From a virus, in the IMG/VR virus record IMGVR_UViG_3300026554_000027, positions 1 through 47,288 of that record: a stretch of DNA of 47,288 nucleotides. The stretch is one strand, 5' to 3'. Positions within the stretch are counted from its first letter, which is position 1. The number at the start of each line of letters is the position of its first letter. A program made the translations under genes and the position numbers. A model generated the notes under the pieces. The model was not told where the DNA came from. It did not search any database and saw only the letters and a program-made list of their open reading frames with translations. This document shows, piece after piece, positions 20,691-30,800 of this stretch.

Positions 20691-20729
20691 AGAGGGAGAT
20701 AGGACGATGCGCCTACTCCCTTTTCTTTT
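20691..20729 (+). terminator. intrinsic terminator
   Basis: GGGAG(a)TAGG-8 nt-CCTACTCCC stem followed by ttttctttt. Confidence 0.65.
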
Positions 20730-20741
20730 AAGGAGGATTTC

Positions 20742-21032
20742 ATGTATTTTACTACCGAAAAATTTGCCAAGATAAAGAAGATTGTAGGCGTTACTGCGTT
20801 GGATGCCACTGCTGATACGCTTGCAGAATATGGCGAGAATATCTCGTTCGTCTGCGTGACTGGCAACATCTGGCTGAATCCAAACGCTACTGCCGTTGCT
20901 GATGCTACAGCTTTCAAATTGACTGCCGGTGATGGAATTGACTTTGCTTCTCGTTCTGATAGGGGCGTGAGCATTATCTCTGATGCTGCCGGTGCGGAAT
21001 ATGAATACGTTGTCTGGGGGGATCTTCTGTGA
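20742..21032 (+). CDS. hypothetical structural protein
   Basis: 96 aa with AAGGAGG RBS. Confidence 0.6.
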   Translation: MYFTTEKFAKIKKIVGVTALDATADTLAEYGENISFVCVTGNIWLNPNATAVADATAFKLTAGDGIDFASRSDRGVSIISDAAGAEYEYVVWGDLL

Positions 21033-21409
21033 TTAGCAAGAGATTGCATCCTGCTAGTTTTAGTAATGTTAATGCGCAATTGGCGCAAAAAGCGAACATG
21101 GCGCAGGAGGCGTGGATTACACCGACTTTGTTAAATTCGTGGACTCAACACACGGCTTCCTTTTCGTTTTTCAAAGACAATTTTGGAATCGTTCACTTCA
21201 AAGGACGATTGGTTCCCGGCACAACTTCTCAACCTTGCTTTACCTTGCCTGTTGGATACAGACCCGGGGCAACAAGAATGTTTCCAACTATTGATTCAAA
21301 TGGATCAGTTAAATATACCGGTGTGCAGAATAACGGCGATGTTGTTATATGGGCAGCTCCAACGACATATTGTACGATGGATGTAATATCATTCAAAGCG
21401 GAGGCATAA
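21029..21409 (+). CDS. hypothetical structural protein (GTG start, GTGA coupling)
   Basis: 126 aa with a beta-rich C-terminal half. Confidence 0.55.
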   Translation: MISKRLHPASFSNVNAQLAQKANMAQEAWITPTLLNSWTQHTASFSFFKDNFGIVHFKGRLVPGTTSQPCFTLPVGYRPGATRMFPTIDSNGSVKYTGVQNNGDVVIWAAPTTYCTMDVISFKAEA

Positions 21410-21667
21410 ATGATTAAAAGGATTATAGACCAAAGCGGATTCTTTATCCGTGATGATTTTACTGCTAATGATGGCGAGATTGCGCTTGATGTCGCTCCTG
21501 CACAGGGGTTTTATCTGCCTAAGTGGGACGGCACTCAATGGATCGAAGGCAAGACACAGGCCGAGATTGATGCTATTCTCGCTCAAGCAACACCGTCTGA
21601 ACCAAGCACAGACGAAGTGATCGACAACCTTATCACCACTTTAGTGGACAAAGGGGTGCTGTATTAA
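21410..21667 (+). CDS. hypothetical protein (XkdW/tail-fibre-chaperone-like motif)
   Basis: FYLPKWDGTQWIEGKTQAEID motif. 85 aa. Confidence 0.5.
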   Translation: MIKRIIDQSGFFIRDDFTANDGEIALDVAPAQGFYLPKWDGTQWIEGKTQAEIDAILAQATPSEPSTDEVIDNLITTLVDKGVLY

Positions 21668-21846
21668 TGGGTGCGTTAGAGGACAGAATCAAGGTGTTAG
21701 GGCTTGAGGAAAAGGCACTTGCGAACAAAGCAAAGCGAGAGGCCAAGAAGGCGATTGCAGACGATTGGAAAGCTAAGTCTATAACGGACAAAGGCAAACT
21801 GACAAAGGCCGAGTTGATTGCAACGTTAGACAAGCTAAGTTCATAA
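21667..21846 (+). CDS. small coiled-coil ORF (59 aa)
   Basis: The ATG overlaps the upstream stop. K/E/A-rich. Confidence 0.4.
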   Translation: MGALEDRIKVLGLEEKALANKAKREAKKAIADDWKAKSITDKGKLTKAELIATLDKLSS

Positions 21847-22059
21847 TCGTCTCATAATACGAACTAAGGAAAACTCATGACAGTATTCAGCAAACTAGGA
21901 AATGTCGGATTGGTGGAGACGAAACAGACATATTTACGGGAGTCGCATATCTTGATGAGTTTGACATTCACTATCCGGAGAATACCGTTGGCAGTTCGGA
22001 AGAATACACCAAGTAAAAGATGGCACTCAGGAATGGGTGCTTTTCTTATTATGTTGCTA

Positions 22060-22068
22060 TGCTATAAT
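22060..22068 (+). promoter_or_regulatory. extended -10 element TGcTATAAT upstream of the tail-fibre gene
   Basis: ttgctaTGcTATAATg, 28 nt upstream of the ATG at 22096. The -35 is weak. Confidence 0.35.
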
Positions 22069-22095
22069 GAATAGTGAATAGCGCAGGGGGTTCCT

Positions 22096-23400
22096 ATGGC
22101 GATTACGATTACTGTTACCGCAGACGACAATCACTCAATTGCGGCATCAAAGAAAATATTGTCAAGGCAAGGCGAACTAGGAGAAACCATAACTTTCAGT
22201 TTGCCGTCTACATTAAATGCGGCTTATCCTCGTGCTTGGATCATGATTCAGCAACCGGATGGTCAACTTTACTATATTGATAATGGTTCTGGTGCTGGTT
22301 TCACTTGGCCTAATCCTTACACATTTACTTACAATATTGGCGACAGAGATACAATGCTTTCGTCTGATGGCACGCTTGGAATCCAGATTGTTCTTCGTGA
22401 CGCAACACCACCTGCGCAGACGGTTGAATGGCGTTCTCGCATTTTGTATCTTACCATTGAAGGTTCGATTCTTTCCAATGTAGATAGTGGCGGTTCGCTG
22501 ATTGATTCTCTGTCTAGCGGTACTCTTGATCGTCTTGCCGATATTCAGTACGATTCTTTGGCCGATGGCGACTTGCTTTATCGCGATACAGCTACTGGCA
22601 AATGGCGTAATGTCACGCTGGTTGAGGGTTTGCACATTACGGCGACACTTAACAAAACATCTGGAACGCTCACACTAAGCGCAACTGGCGATATAAGCCC
22701 GAACGCAGAAGATGTCTTGTTGGCTGATGTTGCAGGAAATTTTGTTGCGACAGAAGTTGAAAGTGCTCTTGCCGAATTGTTTGACGAAACAGTAAAAAAC
22801 ACCGGAAACGAAACAATTGCTGGAATAAAAACATTTGCATCTAGTCCAATTGTACCAACACCAACTACAGATTATCAGACAAGCACCAAAAAATATGTTG
22901 ATGACAAAACATCATTGCTCGCCGAATATGAAGTCACTGGCTCTGCTGTCACCAGTATTGATTTTAGCGGGCTGGATATCAACACGCACAAGTCTTATGT
23001 CGTAGAAATTGAATTAAAAAACGCCACGGCGAGCAATAGCAATGTATCTTTGTTTATAAACGGAGATACAACTGCTACTAATTATTACACTCAAGTATTT
23101 GGGTACTCGCACACGACAGCCGTAGCTGGTAGAAGTAACAATGCAATTGTTTGTGGGCTCAAAAATAGCACAAGTTCTGTAGTGTTTGCAAAATTTAACA
23201 TTATGCTCAGTGATGGTGGAATCGCGAATTCGTTGTCTCATGACAGAGAGGGAGTTAGTATGGCTACTCCAGAATCCTATGTTTATGCGTTAACGAAAGC
23301 AGCAACTGTCGCAAATATCACCCAACTCACATTTACTGCTTCTGTAGCTAGTTCAATTGCTGTCGGTTCAAAAATCAGGATTTATCGAGGCGATGTATGA
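22096..23400 (+). CDS. tail fibre / receptor-binding protein
   Basis: ESALAELF...TGNETIAGIKTFASSPIVPTPTTDYQTSTKKYVDDK is the conserved phage-fibre motif. 434 aa. Confidence 0.8.
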   Translation: MAITITVTADDNHSIAASKKILSRQGELGETITFSLPSTLNAAYPRAWIMIQQPDGQLYYIDNGSGAGFTWPNPYTFTYNIGDRDTMLSSDGTLGIQIVLRDATPPAQTVEWRSRILYLTIEGSILSNVDSGGSLIDSLSSGTLDRLADIQYDSLADGDLLYRDTATGKWRNVTLVEGLHITATLNKTSGTLTLSATGDISPNAEDVLLADVAGNFVATEVESALAELFDETVKNTGNETIAGIKTFASSPIVPTPTTDYQTSTKKYVDDKTSLLAEYEVTGSAVTSIDFSGLDINTHKSYVVEIELKNATASNSNVSLFINGDTTATNYYTQVFGYSHTTAVAGRSNNAIVCGLKNSTSSVVFAKFNIMLSDGGIANSLSHDREGVSMATPESYVYALTKAATVANITQLTFTASVASSIAVGSKIRIYRGDV

Positions 23401-23609
23401 TAAAAATTACAACTCAAACCGGGCAAATCATTCCCCAGCCAGAACTAGACAAGGCTGAAAAAGACCGTCAGATTGCGGAGGCGTTTGCTTATCTTAGGGA
23501 TACAGATTTTTATTACGCTCGAAAAATGGAAATAAACGAAGAAGTCCCTACCGATGTTGTTTCAAAGCGTATTGAGGCGAGGCAATTGATTCGAGCAAAC
23601 GGAGGTTAA
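23397..23609 (+). CDS. tail-fibre assembly chaperone-like protein
   Basis: AYLRDTDFYYARKME..EVPTDVVSKRIEARQLIR resembles the L..TDW...R...G..vP......R...R pattern. ATGA coupling to the fibre gene. Confidence 0.5.
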   Translation: MIKITTQTGQIIPQPELDKAEKDRQIAEAFAYLRDTDFYYARKMEINEEVPTDVVSKRIEARQLIRANGG

Positions 23610-23612
23610 CAA

Positions 23613-24260
23613 ATGACGTTTCAACAAATCCTCCAGCGTGTAGCGGAACTGTATCCGCACGGCGAACAAGCGTCCACCATTGTCAACCATATCAATTCAG
23701 GACAAGATGAACTGTCGCCTTATTTTGGCAAGGTTGTCATGGATTCGTCTGTTCTGACTGTTGCCGATCAAGAAACCTATTCGTTTCCGTCTGGATTGAA
23801 CGACTGTTCGGAAATCAAACTTTTAGAGATTGGCACATCCGATACACCTACTGATTCGTTTGACTACGTTCAGTATCGCTTTCACGAGCTGGAAAAAGGT
23901 CGCCCAAGTGGAAATGTTTTTTACCAGATGTATGACTCAAGTGGTAACAAAACTTTCGGGATTTATCCTGTCCCTGAAACAGCAAACTATCCAATCAGAA
24001 TTACGTATCTCAAGCAACTGACCGATGCCACTATTTCGACATTGACTTCATCGCCTGACTTTGATTCTCGTTATCATGACTTGCTTGTGTACTATGCTTG
24101 CTACATGATTTGTTCCAGCGGTGCTTCTCCTGACGGTGTGCAAGCTGATGCGTTCTATCAGAAGTTCAAGGATGGACTGAACGAGTTGTGGAAGCTCAAG
24201 AGCAACAAGTTGATTGATGCCCCTGTCAAGCGCAGGGATAATGCTACGTGGTATAGATAA
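23613..24260 (+). CDS. putative head-tail adaptor / tail tubular protein A-like
   Basis: 215 aa, immediately before a large beta-propeller-like protein. The call is inferred from position. Confidence 0.4.
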   Translation: MTFQQILQRVAELYPHGEQASTIVNHINSGQDELSPYFGKVVMDSSVLTVADQETYSFPSGLNDCSEIKLLEIGTSDTPTDSFDYVQYRFHELEKGRPSGNVFYQMYDSSGNKTFGIYPVPETANYPIRITYLKQLTDATISTLTSSPDFDSRYHDLLVYYACYMICSSGASPDGVQADAFYQKFKDGLNELWKLKSNKLIDAPVKRRDNATWYR

Positions 24261-26041
24261 TGGGATTCTATAAGAACACGATTCCAAACCAGAAAATAGG
24301 CTATGTATCGAATCCGGTTGAGGGGCTTAACGAATATCCAAGCCCTATTAACATTCGCGACAACCAGTTCAGCGATTGCCTGGATGTTATTCCGTATCGA
24401 GAGAACGCAGTCAAGTTCAATTATCAGGCTGTAGCGTCTGCCGTTGGTACTGGTGCAAACGGTTATGCAAATGAATCTATTGCTGATATTGGAACAGATG
24501 GCGTTTCGTATATTTACTCCATCGGAAACTATTCACGTGATACGTTTGCTTCTTATGCTGGGACAACCGTTACAGTCACATTGGCTAACCACGGATTAAG
24601 TGCTGGTAATTATTTTTACATCGAGTTTGAAACATTGGCTGGTTCTGGCACGTTCCAAGTTGGTTCTGTCACTGACGCAAACACATTTGTCTACACCTCA
24701 ACTACAAGTCTAACTGCATCTGATAATTGCGATATTATTCTTGGTTACATTACAAAAATCAATTTATCGACAGATGCCTACACTCAATCGAATATTACAT
24801 CACTTGGGTATCCGACATATGCGCCTGATGCCAAAGTCTATTCGTCTTGCTTGTTCTCAACAGAGGCGAACAACTATATTGTGTTTTCCTATTCTGACGT
24901 AAAGAAACTGTTTTATCATGATGGTTCCAGCGTTGCGTCTGTGACGATACCTTTCTATCCGTACAAACTAATCACGCACGCAAACCGTATTTTTGCGATT
25001 GACGACAAGAACAAGTTGTGGTGGTCTGCCGCTGGTGATTTCAAGGATGCCGCTGACTGGTATGGTTCTGGCACAACTGAATCTTCTGTTGTTGAGGATA
25101 GCGGTTACTGGACTGTTGAAAGAGAACGCAAGTTAAGCGAAATTGCCGTTATTGGCAACACGCTGTATATCTTTGGAACGAACAGCATCTATGCTTTTAG
25201 CGGATACGATTATGACACATTTGCCTTGCAAGTCATCGTTCCTGATGTTGGCGTTGCAAACGGATATGATGTGCGACATCTCACGCAGACAGGCAACGTG
25301 GTCTACTTCATTTCTGGTAACGATATATATGAGTTTGATGGCAGTACAGCCCCTCGCGTCATTAGTCGTTCTATTGAAATCAATGGAACGCTTTCTAACG
25401 GTGTGCTAGGTTCTATTGATTTGACGGACTCAAATTACGACTTTATTTCTTCGGATGAAAACAGAGTATATGTTTCGGAAGGATCATATGGCGCCTCGTC
25501 TACGCACGATCCGGTCTTGTATGTGTTTGAAATCAGGAACAGAACTTGGTGGAAGTATAGCGGAATTAACACGGACGCTACTGGCATAGGAGCTGTATTT
25601 GCATACAGATATTTCAACAGCCAAAACCGTGATACAACTTACGCTGTAGTGAGTGACATTGACTCGAATAAATTCTATGCGTTTGAAAGCATTGGTTTTA
25701 CAGGTGATACAATTCCGTTTGTTGTTACCAAGGCTTTTTCAACTTTGCCGACAGACAAGCAAACGTTGACCTCTATCGCCTTGCAATTCCAAGCCGCCGA
25801 AGATGCAGACTTGTACATTCACGTGCAGTTAAGCACAAGCGCAGAAGATGATGATTTTGAAACAATCAAGGAATATGATCACTATATTGCCAACGGCAAA
25901 ATTGAGACACTTGAATTATTCCTTCCGATTCGACTTGTTTCCAGAGCTTCGCATTATCGAGTGAAGATTCAAATAAGCAACGCTGTCTGCTATCTGTACA
26001 ATATTGAACGCAGATTCAGGACAACAGGAAGGAGCAGATAA
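24260..26041 (+). CDS. putative tail nozzle / tubular protein B-like (beta-propeller-like repeats)
   Basis: Recurrent blade-like segments (NRIFAIDDKNKLWW, NTLYIFGTNSIYAF, GNVVYFISGNDIYEF, VLYVFEIRNRTWW). 593 aa. Confidence 0.45.
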   Translation: MGFYKNTIPNQKIGYVSNPVEGLNEYPSPINIRDNQFSDCLDVIPYRENAVKFNYQAVASAVGTGANGYANESIADIGTDGVSYIYSIGNYSRDTFASYAGTTVTVTLANHGLSAGNYFYIEFETLAGSGTFQVGSVTDANTFVYTSTTSLTASDNCDIILGYITKINLSTDAYTQSNITSLGYPTYAPDAKVYSSCLFSTEANNYIVFSYSDVKKLFYHDGSSVASVTIPFYPYKLITHANRIFAIDDKNKLWWSAAGDFKDAADWYGSGTTESSVVEDSGYWTVERERKLSEIAVIGNTLYIFGTNSIYAFSGYDYDTFALQVIVPDVGVANGYDVRHLTQTGNVVYFISGNDIYEFDGSTAPRVISRSIEINGTLSNGVLGSIDLTDSNYDFISSDENRVYVSEGSYGASSTHDPVLYVFEIRNRTWWKYSGINTDATGIGAVFAYRYFNSQNRDTTYAVVSDIDSNKFYAFESIGFTGDTIPFVVTKAFSTLPTDKQTLTSIALQFQAAEDADLYIHVQLSTSAEDDDFETIKEYDHYIANGKIETLELFLPIRLVSRASHYRVKIQISNAVCYLYNIERRFRTTGRSR

Positions 26042-26244
26042 TGGCAAGCAAGACAGCTTCTGCGCGTGTCATGGGTGCTCAAGACAAGAAGATGCAAGAT
26101 GCTCATAACAGACTGTGCGACATCATTGATTCGTCATTGTTCACCAATCTTCCATCATATGCAGACAACGCAGCGGCAATAGCTGGTGGCCTTAAGGTTG
26201 GCCAACTCTATCGGACAACTGACACACTAAAGGTAGTTCATTGA
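26041..26244 (+). CDS. small virion-module protein
   Basis: GGAAGGAG RBS. 67 aa. Confidence 0.55.
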   Translation: MASKTASARVMGAQDKKMQDAHNRLCDIIDSSLFTNLPSYADNAAAIAGGLKVGQLYRTTDTLKVVH

Positions 26245-26276
26245 TAGTGTATAATAGTAGCAAGAGGTAAAGATAC

Positions 26277-27848
26277 ATGGCTTTAATTGTAGAAGGTACA
26301 ACTTCAAAAGACATCACGGTGGCAAAGCCTAAGGCTACTACTACAACTACCAAGGCTACTGCAACTACACCGGCAAAAACCACAACCACGGTAACCACTG
26401 CGGCTCCTACTCCAGTTGCCACGGTTAGCAAGTCTACCGGTGGTGTCAAATCAACTACAATGACTCCGACAGCTGCGACAAAAGCGGCTACACCAACTAT
26501 CACCGCAACAAAACCTTCAACCTTTGCAATTCAGCAAGGTGTTAAAGAAAACTTCCAGCAAAAGGTTTCTGCTCCTGCTCCGGCGGCATCAACTTTAGGA
26601 ATTGCAAAAACTGCACAGACCAACGTTGTGTCTCCTACCGCTACAGGCGTTGCAGGTGGAATCAGCAACATCCAAGGTCAGCAGATAGAGCCCGTCAATC
26701 AAGGTCAGTATTCTCCCGTAGCTGGAATGGCCGCAGCAAACATTCAGGCAACGCAACAGGCAATTGATGCCGTCAATGCGCAGTTCGCACCTACGACAGG
26801 AATGGATGTTGATGCCGCAAGACAGGCTTTGCAAAGCATCCAAGACCAGGACGTTGCCAATCTTGAAGAACAGCAGTCTCAACAGGCTGATGCACTGAGT
26901 CGCAATACGCTACGTCAGGGCACCGGTGTCATTAACGCACCGATACCAAGCGCAGCAGAATATCAAGGCTTGCAGTACGACCCTACAACAGGCATGGCAC
27001 TGAGTGGCGTTCCTAATGCTGTCGGGATGTTTGGTTCTGCTACGGGTAATCCTTACTTCGACCAGCTAATGTCGATGAAGTTTGACTACGATCCGGCTAA
27101 AGACCCTGAATACATCAACGGTTCAAAAGCCTTGGAAAATCAAGTTGCACAGATGATGGTCGGTCGTGGCGGCTTGTATTCGTCTGTCAATCAGGCGGCT
27201 TTGTCTAGTAAGCTCATCGAGTTCCAGATTGCATTGAGAAAACAAAAGTACGAGCAGTACATTCAAGACCGCTCGTTCATGCTCCAGATGGCTAACACTG
27301 TGTGGGACAGGCAGGATGCCGCTTTCAACCAGTACATGACCGTTGCTAAGTATAATGCTGATCGTGAAGATGCGATGTTCTCTCGCCAGATGCAACAGGA
27401 ACAATTGAACCTGCAAAGAGCTAGTGCGGCATTGGCACAAGCACGTTATCAGGCAGAAATTGAAGCAGAAAACCAGACAGCAAACCTTAACTCTCGCATT
27501 TCCAGTGTTGTTTACAAAGAAGAAAATTACAATAAACTGTGGACAAAATGGCGTGAGCTGGGTAGTGCAACAAACGATGTTGCTGCTTTCTTTGGCGTGA
27601 AGCCAGGGGCAGGATTCCTGCAATCTTCCGGAGCAATCATGCGTGTCAAGGATTCCATCACAAACGAAAAGACTGCTATTGGCCAGTTAGCCGCAAACTA
27701 TGGTAATATGGCTGTAACGCAAGCCGCTATTTATGGGTTTATTGAACAGCCTGTCGTTGCAACCCCAGAGGTGAGCCAGACTGTTTATGTGCGTGATCCT
27801 GTTACCGGAGAGCTTATAGAGTCCACAACGACAAAATACGGAGGCTGA
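26277..27848 (+). CDS. putative internal virion / ejection protein with a T/A/P/K-rich N-terminus and Q-rich body
   Basis: 523 aa. Low-complexity region at aa 12-80. Precedes the giant protein, as in podovirus core-protein gene sets. Confidence 0.45.
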   Translation: MALIVEGTTSKDITVAKPKATTTTTKATATTPAKTTTTVTTAAPTPVATVSKSTGGVKSTTMTPTAATKAATPTITATKPSTFAIQQGVKENFQQKVSAPAPAASTLGIAKTAQTNVVSPTATGVAGGISNIQGQQIEPVNQGQYSPVAGMAAANIQATQQAIDAVNAQFAPTTGMDVDAARQALQSIQDQDVANLEEQQSQQADALSRNTLRQGTGVINAPIPSAAEYQGLQYDPTTGMALSGVPNAVGMFGSATGNPYFDQLMSMKFDYDPAKDPEYINGSKALENQVAQMMVGRGGLYSSVNQAALSSKLIEFQIALRKQKYEQYIQDRSFMLQMANTVWDRQDAAFNQYMTVAKYNADREDAMFSRQMQQEQLNLQRASAALAQARYQAEIEAENQTANLNSRISSVVYKEENYNKLWTKWRELGSATNDVAAFFGVKPGAGFLQSSGAIMRVKDSITNEKTAIGQLAANYGNMAVTQAAIYGFIEQPVVATPEVSQTVYVRDPVTGELIESTTTKYGG

Positions 27849-27849
27849 A

Positions 27850-30800
27850 ATGGCCAAGGAAGATTATCTGTTCACGCTTTCTAACGGAAAGCTGTCAGAG
27901 GCCCAAGTTAATGCGCTCAACAAAAGCGATTATCTGTTTAGCATAAACAAGCATTTCACGCCTGAAGAAAAGGTTCCGTTTACTGGATGGGATAATTCGT
28001 CTCTTGCGTCTAATGCTCAAAAGATTAAAATACCAGAAGTCACCACCGCCATAAACAAAGCGCAGACAGCAAGCACATCTCTTTTAGACAAGTACCGTGC
28101 TTCGTTTGTTCAGAAAACACCTCAAGAGCTGGCAACAAATCCCGTGTCGAAGTTTTTTCAAGGTGTTTCGTCTGGGTTTATTAATGGCGCAGTCGATGTT
28201 GTTCGTGGCGCAGGAACCGTTATTGAAGCAGGTGTTGGCAAGATTGCTGACGACATAAAGACCGGTCGTTTTGTGGATAACCTGACAAAGATGCCTGGAG
28301 ACACTCAAGCGTTAAAAGATGACTGGTCAAGATTCATTGACAAGCGCAAGGAAACAAAGATAGACGCAACACTTGCTCCTGCAATATCTACAGTCCGTCA
28401 AGGAATGGTTCAGGAAAGCAAGGCCGCTCAAGCAGGTTCATTTGTCGGCGGTGCTGGCGCATATGCAACACTTGCTGGTGCTTCTGGACTGGTCGGAGTT
28501 GCTCCGTTGTTCTTGTCTTCTTTGGATAACTCTATATCAACGATTGAAGCAGAAGGTAAAGACATCAAAACACTTGACGCTATGGCTCGTGCTTTTGGAA
28601 CTGCCGCTGTTGAAGTTGGAACGGAATATTTGTTTAATGTTCTCGGCGGCATGGGTAGCAAAGGAGCCGCAATTGCCGCAAGATCAACGATTGGAAGGTC
28701 TGCGCTTTCTCGTGTGACTGGCGTTTACGATAACATGGCTATCAAAGCATCGTCCATGTTTGGCAAATTTGTTGCGTCTACGCCTAATCCTACTTTGACT
28801 AAGTATGTTTCATTTCTTCTTGCCAAGGGGAATGAAGAAGGATTTGAAGAACTTGCTTCGTATATTGGCAGTGGAATGATTCAGTTATGGACGACCGACA
28901 AGGACAAGAAACCGTCAGAGGTCATGAACGCCAAGGATGCCGCTACGAATTATCTGCTTGGCGGTGTTATGGGGTTTGCTATCAGTGCGGTAAACAATGT
29001 CGATGGACTGCTTGCCTCCATGCCACAGTCAAAAGCCAAGATTGATTCGATATCGAGCAAACCGATTACAGAAGTGACGGCAGATGAAATGTCTGATGTA
29101 ATCAACACAATTGCCGAAGAAGGTCAAGCGCCAATTGTCCAGAACATCACAAGTCAAATGGCCCAGAAAGCTGCGTCCGTTGCTGAAACGGTCAATGCTA
29201 CAGCTGACACGGAATATGCAGAAGAAATTGCCAAGCCAGTTGAACAGGCAACGGCTCCTGCTCAAATCAATGTTGATGAAACACTTGCATCCATTAACAG
29301 CAACATCGAGGAATTTATCAACACGCAACAGGATGCTCCGTCTGACTGGAAAGCGGAGTTCATGCGTAAGTTTAGCTTGCAACATCTTGCATTGAAATCT
29401 CTTGCGCAAAGAATTGACATGGAAGCACCAGAAGGAAAGCGTTTGTCTGAGCACATTCGCAAACTGGAAAAGTTGATTTCTTCACGTGTATCCAATCCAA
29501 GAATCAGGAACTTGGTTGAAGAATATCTGAGCGACAAGTACATTTTCCATAATATTGTTACAGACCAGATGGCAGAAGAAGAAGCCAGAAAAATTCCTAC
29601 TGATGATCTTGGCTGGAAACGACTTTACAAGCGTCTTGGTAACAGTCAATATGCACCTACCAAAGCAGAAGCGATTGTTGTTTATGATGAAATGACTCGC
29701 CTGATGTCTTTGACGAATCCAACTGATGCTGAAATCGCAACTCTTGGCAAGCTTGAACAAATTGTCATGAAGAAGTCCAGCCTTGCCGGTTCTGCTCTTC
29801 AAGCGTGGTCGTATATTGCTAAGCGCACGCCTGAATATGAAGCGTCCATGATCATCAAGAAAGCAGAGCCGATGTTTGACACAGCCAAGACAAAGCAAGG
29901 TCGAGAAGTTGTTAACGGTCTGGTTGATGATTCTAAAAAGGCTCGCAAAAAAGCTGCTGACGATACTGCCGACAAGATTCAAAAGGATATTGACGAGTCC
30001 GGCAAAATAGAAGATGAATTTTCTGCTTTTTCAGATGTTATGTCGAAAGAAGAGTTTGAAGAACCAGAAGGACTTCCGACAGAACTAGAAGGAATCATTG
30101 GCGACTTTGAAGAAGTCTCAGGTGAGTCTATTGAAAAAGAACCCACAATGGAAGAAACTCTTGCCAAGAAAATCCGTAAGGACTTCAATAAGGTTGCTAA
30201 AACTACAAAAGAAAAAACAAAAGCAGACGAAATTGTTGATTATCTTTTTAAGGCTTACAAAGATGTAGTTCCGACTGCAAAAGAAAAGAAAGCGCCCAAA
30301 ACAGACGAAGAACGCTTTGCGTTTATTGCTCAAGTCATGATGGACAAAACCGTTTATGATGAAGTCTGGAGTAAGGCGAAAGATATTGTTGGTGAGTTTG
30401 CAGAAGGTGATGAAACGTTTGAACCGTTCTTTGCCAAATTTGATTCGCTTTACAGAACACAGTTGGTTAAGTCTGCCGTTCGCATGAACTTAAAATCAAT
30501 GGGCATTAGCCTGAACAAGATTGCAAAAGAATATTATCTCGGCAATCGCAATGCGACTGTTTCTGGATTTATGGACTCTCTCAAAACAAATCTTAGAAAG
30601 TCCGTTGGCGATCAGATGTCAACATACGACTTTAACTTCTTGTTCGACCAAGTTTACAAAGAGCTGTCTGCACAGATTGAAACCAAAAAAGAAGCAATCA
30701 TGAAAGCAGAAGAAGAAAGGATTGCTAAAGAAAAAGCCAAGGCAGATAAAAAGAAAAAAGATTTATTAACTTCATCTCAGATTGCAAAATTGATCAAAAA

